This document shows positions 37,150 to 50,921 of a DNA stretch of 62,701 nt, in pieces. Each line of letters opens with the position of its first letter. Within the stretch, counting starts at the first letter, position 1. Made by a program: the position numbers and the translations under genes. The notes below the pieces were generated by a model. That model saw nothing but the letters and a program-made list of their open reading frames with translations. It made no database searches and was not told the DNA's origin. Source of the DNA: Gnetum montanum (taxonomy: Eukaryota; Plantae; Gnetophyta); assembly GCA_015680685.1 (NCBI GenBank), contig MNCI01000741.1, forward strand, positions 1 to 62,701, read 5' to 3'.

Positions 37150-39924
37150 TGTACTGATCGAAAACATCGATGGCTAGAACACCAAGGGGTCCATGGATCC
37201 ACAACTTGATCCCAAGTCCATGTGAGGGCCTGTTAGAGGCAGAGATGGGGTGCCCACCCATAATGGTCTTACCAATCAAACAGGAACTTATTGAATGCAA
37301 TGCCAAACAATCCTAAGTGTCGAGTGGTCTTCATAATGTCAATGGTGTCAATGGGGATGAGCATAGTCAAGGGTTTCAATGCAAAAATAAGGTGTTAATG
37401 CATGGCTAGGCATAAAAATGGCAAAAAATGCAAGTAGAATGCTAAAAATGCAAGTAAAAATGCTGAAAATGCACAAAAAATAAGAGCAATGGATAATGGA
37501 ACACCACCCCAAATGGGGTTAAGCGTAGTTAACTTTAGAAGGGGTGAGAAGATATGTGGTGTATAATAGGTATAGTGAACAACATAGTCATAGTTTTGGG
37601 GGTGTCTAGCCATGAAGACTGATGTTCTACCTTTGTGTCTATGGCTACTGGGTTGGTTGCTATGGTTTGCAGTGGAATGCTATTGTCTATGGTGTCCTAT
37701 GGTGAGCTACAGTGATGCATAAATACCTTGCCTTATTAAATGTCAAATGTGCTTCAAAAAATGCCAAATGCCAAAAGTGCCAATCTTCAAATTTTTCAAC
37801 CCCTAAAACATAAAAGGATGAGTTATTTATAGGCCTAGGGTTAGCATGAAACATGGATTGGCTGCCACATGGCAGTGGGATGATTGGGACTACACTGCAC
37901 CCCACTATGCTCTCCACTGAGGCTAGTGGTGTTATGCTCTACTTTTCTCTAATGGACTTTATGAGACTACAAGACTATGACTATGCTACCAAATGCATGT
38001 GCATGTGCCAAAAATACTACAATGTACTTTAAAAAATGCAGCTTTAGAGACTACACTCTAGGACTACATTGTCCACTGTCTCAAGTGGAGTCGAGCATAG
38101 TTACAATTTGGGGCCAAGAAAAGGGGTATAACAAAGATGTATTTTTGCTAACTATGCTTTCTAGAGGTGTGTTGGAGCTAAGATGAATGCTAATTTTGTG
38201 TTGTGAAGGCCTTTGGAAGCTATTTTAACTAACTATACTTGACTATGCTCTAGACTAGGGGAGAGCATAGTCAAAACACTTAGAAAAATTTTGTAGAAAG
38301 TGGCAATGTGCTAACTACGCTCTCCACGGGAGGCAAACTACACTCCCAACTAGGGTCAAGCATAGTCTTAGCACTTGATGAAACTTGAAAAAACTAGCTT
38401 CTAGTTGACTATGCTTGACTACACTCTAGGGTAGTGGAGATCATAGTCTCGACACTAGAAAATTTCTACAAAATTAGGTCTTCCATGCTGACTATGCTTG
38501 ATTACACTCTAAGGCAATGGAGAGCATAATCTCAGCACTCAGAAAAAACTACAGTTTCTAGCTTGACACTTAGAAAAATTTTCAAATTTAGCCTTTGGTG
38601 TTGACTATGATCTCTATTGAGTTAACTATGCTCTCTACTAAGTTGACTATGCTCTAGGATAGTGGAGAAAGTAGTCCCAACACTTAGAAAAATTTGCAGC
38701 TTCTTGCTTGATGATGACACTTAGGAAAACTTGCAAATAATTAGTTTTTAAAGCTGACTATGCTCTCCACTAGGATGAATACACTCTGGGGTAGTGGAGA
38801 GCATAGTACCAACACTTTGACAAAATTTTCCTCATGTTAACACTTAGACAAATTTGCAATCGAGAAGTGGTAGCCAAAATTTGGTGGTGCTTTTTTGGCC
38901 CATCTTTGTTGATGTCTAGTGGATGGGCCTAAGAGACATTGACAAAGAATGATAAAACATCATAGTATGATTGAAACCAACATTTCCCCATCAATACCTA
39001 ATCGGATATCATTGCATCATGCCCAAGAGTGTTGTGGATGACAGTATGCTAGGGAGTAAAAGGTGTAGATAATATGTGCAGGGGTGGGGGGAGGGGCAGT
39101 GGGGGAAAAAGGTGAGATGAAGTGTAAATAGAGTGTCATGATTTGGGATGTGGAGTTAGCATGGCTAATGGTGGACCATGGCACCAGGGTAGCTTTCCCT
39201 TAAAAATGTTGATGTCTCATTAGAGTGCTCATGAGAAAGTCAAGGTGGATTTAGGGCCTAACCGATTGCAAAATTGTAGCTCTATTTATTTTCTTGAGGA
39301 CATACTTTTCCTCCTTCACTCTTCATTTTTTTTCTTTTTTCTTTTATTTTTCTTTTTGATGCAAGGTGAACTTGCTTTGGGTTCTACATATTACTAAATG
39401 CTAGCTACAATGGTGCTTCTCATCAAGTGGACTACATGCCACTAGGTGGGCTTTACTTTAATGCTTTCAAAACCACATCATGCATGTAGGATAGGTGTTT
39501 CCTCCTTGGGATAACTTGCGTTATGTCTTCCTGGACTTTAACTAGCCAATAGAGGCTCCCCACAAGATAACTTATGTTATGTCCACCTTAGGTTCTATGG
39601 TTTGCCTTGACTTGAAAAGGGTGTCATGTAGCCACATCACATGTGGGTTAGAGGGGTTTGCAATCTTAACTATGCTAGAGAATGAAAGGGTATGGATACA
39701 TAGGGATGAATGTAGGTAGGCTATAGTAGGGTAATAGGGATGTGCACTCTCGAGAGGCTTAGCTAGTCCAATCATTCACATCAAAGTAATGTGGCAACTT
39801 GCCGCTATGATGAGTTGCACCTTTGCACGACTGCCCAAGGGTTTCATCCTATACACACAACTCTAAGAAGACAAGAAAATCACAAAACATTAAATGCAAA
39901 TAAAAATTTCAAGGGAAATAATGT

Positions 39925-40250
39925 GTGAGTGCTCCAAAGGATAAACTGATGATAAGTGTTTGGAAAACTAGCAAAATGCCTAGGAGGGATGATCTTGCAA
40001 ATGCTCCAAAGGCTATGCTAGTTGTAGGTGTTCAAAAAGCCAAAAAAATGCTTAAGGGTAGTGATGCTACAAATGCTCCAAAGGCCAAAGCGATGAAAAT
40101 AGGTAAAAAAATAAGCAAAATGGTAGGGGGGGGCATAATGTTGCAAGTGCTCATAAGGCTAGACCAATGGCAAGAGCTTGAAAAATCAACAAAATGGCTG
40201 GGGGCCATAATGCTACAAGTGCTTCAAAGGTGAGATCGATGCCTAGTGTT
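39925..40250. repeat. 60-bp tandem array in the 3' UTR of D
   Basis: gctacaa(a/g)tgctccaaaggc...aaaatgg units with 60-nt period; homologous to 49820-50370. Confidence 0.8.
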
Positions 40251-40369
40251 TGATTTTGGGACTATAGTATCCCTGCCCACATGATGCAAAAAAGTGGGGA
40301 AAGAAGGGAGTTAAAATTATTCTCGCTCACCTGCTCATGGAACTATGTGTGATTGACAGTGAACCTAAT

Positions 40370-40770
40370 TTAAGGTGTTGGTAGACCCAAGGATGAATGT
40401 TATGCTAGTTTAATGTCATGACCCAAGGATGAATGTTGTTTAACATTGTGGTAGACATGTTATTATGCTAGTTTAATGTTGTGATCCAAGGACAAATGTT
40501 GTGCTAGTTTAACATCCTGGTGGACATGTTGTTATGCTAGTTTAACATCATGACCCAAGGATGAATGTTATGCTAGTTTAACATTGTGGTAGACATGTTG
40601 TTATGCCAGTTTAACATTGTGACCTAAGGACAAATGTTATGCCAGTTTAACATCATGACACATGCGATGTTCTGCTAGTTTAATTTCATGACCCAAGGAT
40701 AAATGTTGTGCCACTTCAACATCATGGTAGATGAATGCTTACCTTATGCTAGTTTAACATCATAGTAGAT
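40370..40770. repeat. ~30-bp tandem array in the 3' UTR of D
   Basis: atgctagtttaacatc/ttg core repeated more than 10 times, with two alternating spacer types. Confidence 0.85.
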
Positions 40771-40810
40771 AGATACTTACCATGTTGAATCAATGTGCAA
40801 CACTACATGC

Positions 40811-43800
40811 TAGGCATAATACCACTTTAGATATGAATGATTCATTATATTAGCAAATTCATTACCATCTTGATTAACAAGCTTGAATGCTCCATTGTCA
40901 TAGGCCTTAGTAACCAAGAAAGGCCCTTCCCAATTGGTTGAGAATTTGTCCACAAGTTCAAGAAGGGCCTTGAGGACTAGGTCCCATTTCTTGATTGACC
41001 ATTGATGCTATCTGTAACAGTGTTTTTTGCCATTACTTTTCTTGGTACCATTCAATGAAATCAAGTGTCTACATGTAATCCTCCTCTATTAAGTCAAGGT
41101 CTACAATCCTTAACTCATTGTTCTAAGCTTCATTACTGAAGTTCAAGAGGATTACCCAAAGTGATGGAACCTACACTTGAAGGAGCAAAATTTCTTTAGA
41201 ACTATAAATAAGACTATAAGGTGTCTTATCTATTGTAGTTTGATGTGCTGTGCAATAGGCCTAGAGTGCCTAGACTATTTGCTCATGCCATCATCATTTG
41301 TTGTTGCTTAGCATCTTCTTGAGAAGGTTGATGATGACTTTGTTGGTGGCCTCCACTTGGCCATTCACCTAAGGATAGTACAACAATGAAAAATAATGTT
41401 TAATGCCAAAGCACTCACAAAAGGCTTTAGTTTTAACACTACTAAATTATGACCCGTTGTCTATTACTATGGCCATGGGTAAGCCGAAATGGGTTACTAT
41501 GTTATCAAGCACGAATTTGCAAACTTGTTGTGATGTTGTCTTCCTAAGGGGAATAGCTTCAACCCACTTGGTAAAATACTCAGTTATGGTTATTATGAAA
41601 CTATGCCCTATGGAGAACTTAGGTGTTATGGGTTCAATGATGTCCAAGCCCCAACATTGGAATGACCACGTGATCTATGTTGTGTGCAGTTTAGTCAATG
41701 GCACGTGCATTAGATTACCATGCCATTGACACACATCGCATGTTATAACCTTTGAGATACAATCATGCTTCATGTAAGGCCAATAATAGTCTAATCATAT
41801 AATTTTTGCTACCATTTTCATAGGTGCTATGTGACCTCTGCATAGTCCCTTGTGAACTTGTTCAACAATTATTTGCACTTCGTTATTGCTTACGCAGGTT
41901 AGTAATATGCCATTGCAGGATTTGTGACATAACGTGTTATCACCCAAAATGATGTACTGCCATGAACATTTATGCATTGTGTCTTTTTGAGTGGTAGTTA
42001 AATGTTGTAGAGCTTCACCCTGTAGAAGGTACACCTTGATGTCATCATACCATTCTTCTATGTGGGTTATGCTTACTATGGCTATGGATGCTATGTTAAT
42101 GATTTGTGTGGTAGGCATAGTGTAATCCACCATTGGGGTGGAGAATGCATGGAACATGTTAGGTGTGATGCTTAGGGCTAACATTACTAATGCATGAGCT
42201 ATGGCATTTTCGTTCCAAGGAATGTGTTGGACATATGCTATTGTAAAGTGTTTAAGAAAGTTCTTTTCTAGGTCATAGTAAGGATGTAAATGTTGGGAAT
42301 TGCAGGTGTAAAACTCTATCACCTAGTTGACCACTAATTGCAAGTCACCTTGGATCATTATGTGCTGGATCCCTAGGTTGCATGTTGTAAGAATACCTTG
42401 GAGAAGACCTACATACTCTACCACGTTGTTAGTGCAATGGAATGCAAAACAATATTCAAAGGGTTATATCTCCCCAATAGGAAACATGATAATAGTAGCA
42501 GCACTAGCCCCTTGGGAGGTTAAAGCTTTGTTAAAATGTAGGAGTGCCTCATAATTGTCAAGCACTTAGCTAATGCTGCTAATGTGCTCATCTGGAATTT
42601 CGAGTCTATGATTGCTTGATTATTTACAAGTGAAACTGTGAATTGTGTGGATATAGCTTAACCTTTTGCTGAGGCTTGCTCAACATAGTCTAGGTCAAAC
42701 TCCACTGTTATCACTTTCCATCGTGTAATATGACTACTTTCATAGATGTTTGTTGTGATTGCTCAGAATACATTATTTTTGAAAATGATGTTGACTAACT
42801 GTGGAAAAGGTAATTCCTTCACTTCTTAAGTGAGAAGAATAAGGTGAAACAATAGTTTTCCACATTTTTATATTTCACTTCATGGGCTACTAATGTGTGG
42901 CTACTTCATCATTGTAAATGTTGGGCCTTACAAGCATAAACCTCTATCACCTAGTTGACCACTAATTGTAAGTCACCTTGGATCACTATGTGTTGGATCC
43001 CTAGGTTGCATGCTGCAAGAATACCTCAAAGGATACCTACATACTCTACCACGTTGTTAGTGTAAGGGAATGCAAAACAATATTAAAAGGGTCAGATCTC
43101 CGCAGAGGGAAATATAATAACAATAGTAGCACTAGCCCCTTGGGAGGTTAAACCTTTGTTAAAATGTAGGAATGCCTCATAATTTTCAAGCACTTAGCTA
43201 ATGCTACTAATGTGCTCATCTATAATTTTGAGTCTATGATTGCTTGATTATTTACAAGTGAAACTGTGAGTTTTGTGGCTATAGCTTAACCTTTTGCTAA
43301 GGCTTTCTCAACATAGTCTAGGTCAAACTCCATTATTATCACTTTCCATCGTGTAATATGATTTCTTTCATAGATGTTTGTTGTGATTGCTCGGAATACA
43401 TTAATTTTGCAAATGATGTTGACTAATTGCAAAAAGCTAATGCCTTCACTTCTTAAGTGAGAAGTCTAAGGTGAGATAATGGTTTTCCACATCATTGTAT
43501 TTCACTTCACGGGCTCCTAATGTGTGGCTCAAGTAGTAAATGAAGACCTCTATGCCATCATCTCACTTTTGGCAAAGTAGAGAAATGATGGACATGTTAG
43601 AAGTGACATGGTAGATGTAAAAGGATTTATCTCCTTGTAGAGGGTGAACTGTAGGAAGTTGTACTAGCTCTTGCTTAAGATTGCCGAATGCTTGTTGACA
43701 CTAAGCTATCCACTCAAAGTTGGCTCCTTTCTTGATCAGATGTTACATTGGCTATAACTTATTGGTTAACTGCACAATAAATCTACATATGAAATACAAT

Positions 43801-44898
43801 ATACCTTGTAACCCTTGCAGCTTCTTAAGGTTGGCCAGTGGTGCTAAGTTGGTTATGCATAAAATTTAGATACTACAAAATTGAGCATCCAGCTCATTTT
43901 GACATCGAAAATAGACTTCTTAGGGTTCAACCTAAGATTGTGTTTTAAGAAAAATTTAAGCACTATTTCTAGATCATTTTCATGGTTGTACACCACTTTG
44001 GACTTAACCATGATGTCATCAATGTAGTCATTGAGCAAGCTTAGCATGTAATCACTAAAGATGTATGTCATTGCATGTTGATACATTGCTCCTACATTCT
44101 TAAGTCCAAATGCATCATGCTATAGCAAAACATACCCTAGGGGGTCATAAAGGTTATTTTGAGTTGGTGCTCAAGGTTGATCCTAATCTGGGTGTAGCCT
44201 GAGAATCCATCCATGAAGGATAACAAGGCATGTTAGTCATGGTATTAATTAGTTGATCAATACTAGGCAACAGGAAGTCATCTTTGATGGTTTCCTTGTT
44301 CAAGTCCTAGAAGTCTATGCAAATGCGTATACTTCCATTTTTCTTGGGTACAACTATGATGTTTGAAACCTAGTCTACATAGTCAATAGCCCAAATGAAA
44401 CTAGCTTTGTAAAGCTTGGTGATTTCATCATTCATGGCCAGTGTCACCGCAAGTTGAACCTTGTGCACCTTTTGTTTTACTAGCTTAATGCAAGGATTGA
44501 GCATGATATTGTGCTAGACTAGTCGAGGGTCTAGGCCTAGCATGTCTTCATATGACCATGTGAATTGCTTGATGTTATCATTTAGCACATTGGTGATTTC
44601 TTGGGCATGTTGGGGATCTAGCAAGGAGCTCATTTTTAGCATTTTCATGATGCCATTGGGTGTTATTGTAGGGATCTCAATAAGGGGATCCTCTATGATG
44701 TCCCGTGCCTCTAGATTGAGAACTTTAACTTAGATGGTTAGGCCAGTCTAGTGGTGTCTCTATGGATGCTATATATTCAGCAAAGGTTGTAGGCTCAAGG
44801 TCTAGGCAATGTGGGTTAATGCATCGCTTAATATTGCCATGAGGCCTAGTGAGGAACAAAGGTGAGAGAAGCTACTCATGCATAGACATGTTGTGTTC
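40811..44898 (-). pseudogene. pol: pol of D: RT - RNase H - archaeal-type RNase H - integrase (stops, frameshifts, internal duplication)
   Basis: LLSFMDGFSGYTQI; YIDDIMVKSK; aRH CTNNVVEYVGL..IQGDLQLVVN..VQHIPWNENAIAHAL; INT WGLDII..TEYFTKWVEAIPL..THFGLPMAIVIDNGS; WEGPF tail. Confidence 0.92.
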
Positions 44899-47800
44899 CT
44901 ACAAAAAAAACTAGCAAAATGTTAAGTGGAACCTATCTTAACCAAGTTAATATGCACAAATGAATAAAAAGTAATGCGATGAAAACTTGCCTAAGTATGC
45001 ATAAGGGCTATAAAGAAGGGTAAGCATGTGTGTGCCAATTTTAGGCCTCAATAGGTCATGCCTAACAATTTTAGGCCTTAGCCAACTATAGATTCATTAG
45101 ACATGTCATTCTAGGGAAGGCTAGTTGTGCTTAGGAAGTGAAACTAGCTCAAGCTTTCATTGGGCAATGAAAAGTTAGAAAACTTGGCTAAGTGTAAGTG
45201 ACTATGCTCTCACAAAAAGGTTAACATTTTTAACTAAGTTTGGAGTGTAGTCCTAGGTTGGTGAGTCATTAAATGACCTTGGGAGGTTATATAGGTGTGT
45301 TTTACCATGAGTAAGTTGTCATTTTCAAACTTCCAAATGTAATATCTAGAGTGTAGTCTTGTCATTACCTTTATTTCACATTTCCAGTGGAGAGCATAGT
45401 TGGAGCAAGATGATGCATTGAAGTGGACACCTACACCTAAGACTACCAAACATGGGTAAGGGGGAATAAGCATTGGGTTACCTATTGTAGGCATGCATGG
45501 AGGAGAGGAGGCCATTGATGTCTACCATGTACCCTAACTATGCTATATCCTTTGCTTGTTTTTTTGCTATTCACTTTGCTATTTTGAGGGTTTTAGTTTA
45601 GAGTGTAGACTTGATGGTATGCCTTACCATGGCATACTGCCATAACAGGGGCCACTGCCATTGTGGGCCATCTCGACTACCGTGGTTGGGGAGGGCATGC
45701 ATAGTTGCAAAAGGTTTTGGCTATGGCTTTTTTTATTTGCATAAAGTTCTAGTGGGGTTTTAAAGGAGCAGCTGCAACAACTACAAGTGCTATTACAAAA
45801 GGGGGCAAAAGGTCACTGTGAGCACATGGGGGGTACAGGGTGCTTGCCTATATACATTTTTTCTATTTTTTTGATATTAACCAGATTATGAGGGCAAGCT
45901 AGGGAGTGGCCTACCTTAGGAGTGAGGGTCATGGTAGGGGTTTGTTCTGTGTTCTTTTATTTTATTTTTTGTTTGTTTCTGAAAGAGATTTTTTGAAATT
46001 TATTGGGGGTTGGGGTTGGCCATGGGCTATACCCTACAGCATGGCCATAGGGGCCATGGCCACAACCATGGTTGGTGGTAGGATGCATACATTTCTTTTG
46101 TTACCCCCCCCCCCCCCCGCGACCCCTTTTATGAGTAGATTTTGATTACATGGGCTATGGGGTGGCTTGCCATTAAGAAAGGGATGTGGCAAGGGTTCGC
46201 CCTACATTCATTTTTGAATTTTTTACATTTTTCATAGTGGAAGGTTTTTTTTTTGGCCCCTTCCATGCCACACAAGGGATGAGGGATGCTACACAACACA
46301 AGGACCACATTGGTCATTGCACTTTATAGCACATGTCGTAAGGGTCGTAGGGGCGATTGTGACTTATAAGGTGGCTAGAGGGATGGCAATAGTGCTCAAC
46401 AATGACACGTTCTATATTTTATTTTTTTTGTTTAAAAATTTTTGCAGGGGTTTAGACAACAACGATGAAGAAGGGAGTGAGGGTAGCGCTTTGTGAGCAC
46501 AATGAGTGTAATAGTGTGGTATGTAAGATGGCTACACATGGCAGGGCATAGGCATAGCATGTTGCAATGCAATGGGTGGTGGAGCAGCACACGATGCCAT
46601 GGTAGGATGAAATGTGCATAGAGCATTGGGATGGTTGCCAAGACTTTGCTTCCTACTGTCATAGCTAGGACTACGCTTCCTATACCTTGGAGATGCAGTT
46701 GACACCAATTTTTTGACAAAACAGCTATCTAGGTAGTTAGGTTTTTTGGAGCTATGCTCTGTAGAGAGCATAGTCAAAGTACTCAGAAAGTTAGAAAAAA
46801 TTTCATCTCTTTTCTAGAATATGCTCTCTACAGAGGTAGCCCAAACTTAAAATTTTTTTTTTGGTAATTTTGGACTACGCTCTCCATTGTGATAGTCCAG
46901 AGTTTGAAAAATTTTGGAATTTCTAGATTATGATCTCCACTAAGGCAATCCGAAGTTAAACAAATTTCCTATAATTTTGTAAACTATGCATAATGCTAAA
47001 CTTGCAAAATATAATGATGCTAATCATGCAAATTGTAACAATGCTAAACCTGTAAACACATGTTGATGCTAAACCTATGAAACCTATGAAGTGAAATGTT
47101 AATCCTATGCAAATGTGCTATGTAGTGATCGAAAATGTTGGTCGCTAGAACACCAAGGGGTCCATGGGCATGCAGTTCTAACCCTATGTCCATGTGAGGG
47201 CCTACTAGAGGTGGAGATGGGATGCCTAGAATGGTCTTGTCAATCAAACAAGGACTTATAAAATGCAATGCCAAATCATGCTAAGTGTTTGCACGGTGTT
47301 CATGGTGTCAATGGGGGTGAGCGTAATCAAGGGTTTCAATGCAAAATGAAGGTATTGATGCATGGTTGTACATAAAAAATAACAAAAAATGTAAGTAAAA
47401 TTTTAAAATGTAATTAAAAATGCTAAAAATGCACAAGGAGAGAGAGAGAAGAAGTAGCACCACCCCAAATGAGGTTGAGCATAGTTAACTTTACAAGGGG
47501 TGAGAATGTACACAATGTATAGTGAGCATAGTGGACAACATAGTCAGTCTCATGGGTGTTTGGCCACAAGGACTAACATTTTGCCATGATGTCTATGACT
47601 ATTGGATTGGCTATCGTGGTGTGTAGAGGACTATGGTGGTTTGCGGTGCCCTATAGTGAGCTATGGTGGTATGCAAATGCCTTGCCTTACCAAAATGCCA
47701 AATACCCTTCCAAAATGCCAAATTCCAAGAATTCCAACTTTCAAATTTTCCAACCCATAAAACATAGAGGACTAGGGTATTTATAGGGCTAGGTTTTTCA

Positions 47801-49819
47801 TGAAATGCAGATTAGTTACCATGTGGCAGTAGGATGGTTCGGATTACATTGCACCCAACTACACTCTTCACTGAGGCAAGGGGTTTTATGCTCTAATCTA
47901 CTCTAATGGGCTTTGCAAGATTGCAAAACTATGACTATGCTATTGACTACATGTGCATGTGTTAAAAAGACCACAATGTACCTAAAAAAATGCAACTTTG
48001 AAGACAATGCTCTAGGACTATGTGATCATTCATCTCGAGTGGGATTGAACATAGTTACAATTTTGGGAGGGGTATAACAAGGATGCATTTTTGCTAACTA
48101 CTTTCTTAGAGGTGTGTTGGAATTGAGCTAAGTGTCAGTATTGCATTTTAAAGAAATTTTAAGGTTATTCTAGTTGACTATACTTAACTACGCTTTGGAT
48201 TGGGGGTGAGCATATTCCAACACTTAGAAAAATTTTTGCAAAAACATGGCTATGTGTTGACTACATTCTCCACGAGAGGTTGACTATGCTTCCAACTAGG
48301 GTCAAGCATAGTCCTAGCACTTAGAACATTTTTTGCAAAATCTAGCTTGTAGTTTACTATGCTTGACTGCACTCTTGTCTACTGGAGAGCATAGTCTCAA
48401 CACTTAGAAATTTTTTTGCCAAACTGGGTCTTCCATGCTAACCACACTTGACTATGCTTTAGGGTAGTGAAGAGCATAATCTTGACACTTAAGAAAAAAT
48501 CTGTAGTAGCTAGCTTGACACTTAGAGAAATTTGAAAAACTAGCCTTTGGTGTTGACTATGCTTTCTACTAAGCTAACTACACTTTGGGGTAGTGGAGAG
48601 CATAATTCCAACACTTAGAAAACTTTCAGCTTCTTGCTTTATGATGACACTTAGGTAAAATTGCAAGAAATGAGGTTTTGGAGTTGACTATGCTCTACTA
48701 GCTAACTACACTTTTTGGCAATGGAGAGCATAGTCCTAGCACTTGGAAAAATTTGCAAAAAGTGGCCTCATATTGACACTTATGCAAATTTGCAATTGAG
48801 AAGTTGTTGCCCAAAATTTTGTGGTGTTTTATTGGCCCCTCTTTTTTGATGTCTAGAGGAGTGGCTTGAGATACATCAACAAAGAACAAAAAAACCACAC
48901 AATAGGCTTGGCACCAACATCACTCTTTCATGCATTGTTGCATGTTGCTACACCATGCTCAAGAGTGTTGTGGATAGTGGTATGTTGGGAGTACAAGTTG
49001 TAGGTAGCTTACTAGGGGGTAAAAGGGAAGATGAAGTAAGAACAAGATGTTATGATGCAAGATGCAAAGTTAGCACGGCTGATGGTGATCATGGTACTAG
49101 GGTGGCTTATCTCTAAAAACATTGACCTCTTGTCAGAGTGCTTATGAGAGAGTTAGTGTGGATTCAAGGCCTGACCAGTTTGAAAATTATAGCTTTGCTG
49201 ATTTGCTTGGGAACATGTTTTTTCCACTTTACTCTTTTTGTTTTTTTTTTGTTTTCATTTTTCTTTTTTGCTATAAGGTGAACCTTCTTCGGGTTCTACA
49301 CTTTGTTAAATGCTAACTGTGGGATGCGTTCCACTAGGTGGACTTCATGCCATCGAATAAGCATTGCTCTAATGCTTGCAAAACCACATCACATCTATGT
49401 GATAGGTGTTTCTATCCTAGAATGAATTATGTTACATCTACTTGGGCTTTGACTAGCCAATAGAGGCTCTCCACAGGACAACTCATGTTATGTCTACCTT
49501 GGGTTCTACAATTTGGCTTGCAGAGGATTCCATGTGGTTACAACATGTATGTGTCAAAGGGGTTTATGGTCTTGACTATGCAGGGGGAATGCAAGAGTGT
49601 CAGGACATAAGGATGGATGTAGGTAGGCCATAATGGGGTAATAGGAATGTGCACTCTTGAGAGGCTCAGCTAGTCCAATCATGCACATCAGAGTGATTTG
49701 GTGAGTTGCCACTACGATGAGATGTGCCTTTGCACAACCACCTCTAGGCTTTGTCATGTAAACACAACTCCAAGAAGATAATAAAATCACAAAACATGAA
49801 ATGTAAATTAAATGTTAAG

Positions 49820-50370
49820 GGAGATGATGTTGCGAGTGCTCTAAATGTTGAACTAATGACAAGTGTTCAGAAAATTAGCAAAATTCTTGGGGATGGTAAT
49901 GCTACAAATCCTTCAAAGGCTACACTAGTTTTAGGTGTTCAAAAAGCTAGAAAATTATCTAGGGATGGTGATGCTACAATTGCTCTAAATGTCATGGTGA
50001 TGGCAAGTGCTCAAAAAACTAGCAAAATGGCAAGGGTCCATAATGCTGAAAGTTCTCCCAAGGTTGGACTGATGGATAGACCTCAAAAAATCATCAAAAT
50101 GGTAGGGGGCCATGATGTTGCAAGTGATCCAAAGGCCAAGCTAATGGTAGGTGTTTAAAAATCCAGCAAAATGGTAGGGGGATCATAACGCTACAAGTGC
50201 TTCGAAGGACAAGCCAATGGTAGGTGCTCAAAAAAACAACAAAATGATGGGGGATCATAACGCTACAAGTGCTCTAAAGGCTAAGCCAATGGTAGGTGCT
50301 CAAAAAACCAGTAAAATGGTAGGGGGCCATAATGCTACAAGTTCTCTAAAGGCCAAGCTAATGGCCAATG
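49820..50370. repeat. 60-bp tandem array in the 3' UTR of E
   Basis: About 9 units of gggccataatgctacaagtgctc..aaggccaagccaatggtaggtgctcaaaaaac.agcaaaatggt. Confidence 0.85.
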
Positions 50371-50489
50371 TTCCATTCTAGGAATGTAGTATCCTTGCCC
50401 ATGTGGTGTAGAAAAGTAAGGGGGAGGGGTTGAAATTATTCTTGCTTGCTTTCTCATGGAACCCTATGTGAGTGATCAAAAACCTAATT

Positions 50490-50880
50490 TAAGGTCTTGG
50501 TAGACTATGGTATGCTAGTTTATAGTCCTAGTAGACTACTGTGTCAATTTAATGTTGTAGCAAATGAATGTTGTGCCAGTTTATTATCATAGTAGACTAC
50601 CATGCCAATTCAACATTATAGAAAATGAGCTATCTACTATTTTAACATCATAGTAGACAATTTGTGCCAATTTATAGTAATAGAAAACTTACTATGCTAG
50701 TTTATAATCATAGCAAACTTACTTTTGTGTCAATTAAACATCATGACCCAAGGATGATCTGTGATAATTTGGCATCATGGAAAATGCATGTCATGCTAGT
50801 TTAATGTCATAGTGAATAGTCTGTGTTGATTTAACATCATAGTAGGTAAGAGGTTTGGGTGCCAATTTAACATTGTAGCA
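50490..50880. repeat. ~30-bp tandem array in the 3' UTR of E
   Basis: gc(c/t)a(a/g)ttta..atcatag cores. Confidence 0.8.
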
Positions 50881-50921
50881 GATGAATGCTTACCATTTTG
50901 AATCTATGTGTAGTGGTTTAT

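Larger units (their letters stand above)
37150..47120 (-). mobile_element. Element D: Tat/Ogre-type element (3' LTR 37150-38894, PPT, 3' UTR, pol, PR-RT spacer), interrupted by E
   Basis: LTR followed on + by ttggcccatctttgttgatg (PPT on minus); pol domains colinear. Confidence 0.88.

Noticed and set aside
37150-48831. LTRs of D and E as a pair enclosing one gag-less element
   Set aside because: No PBS beside 47121, the 47121-48831 LTR is followed by its own PPT, 3' UTR and pol, and there is no TSD; both are 3' LTRs.
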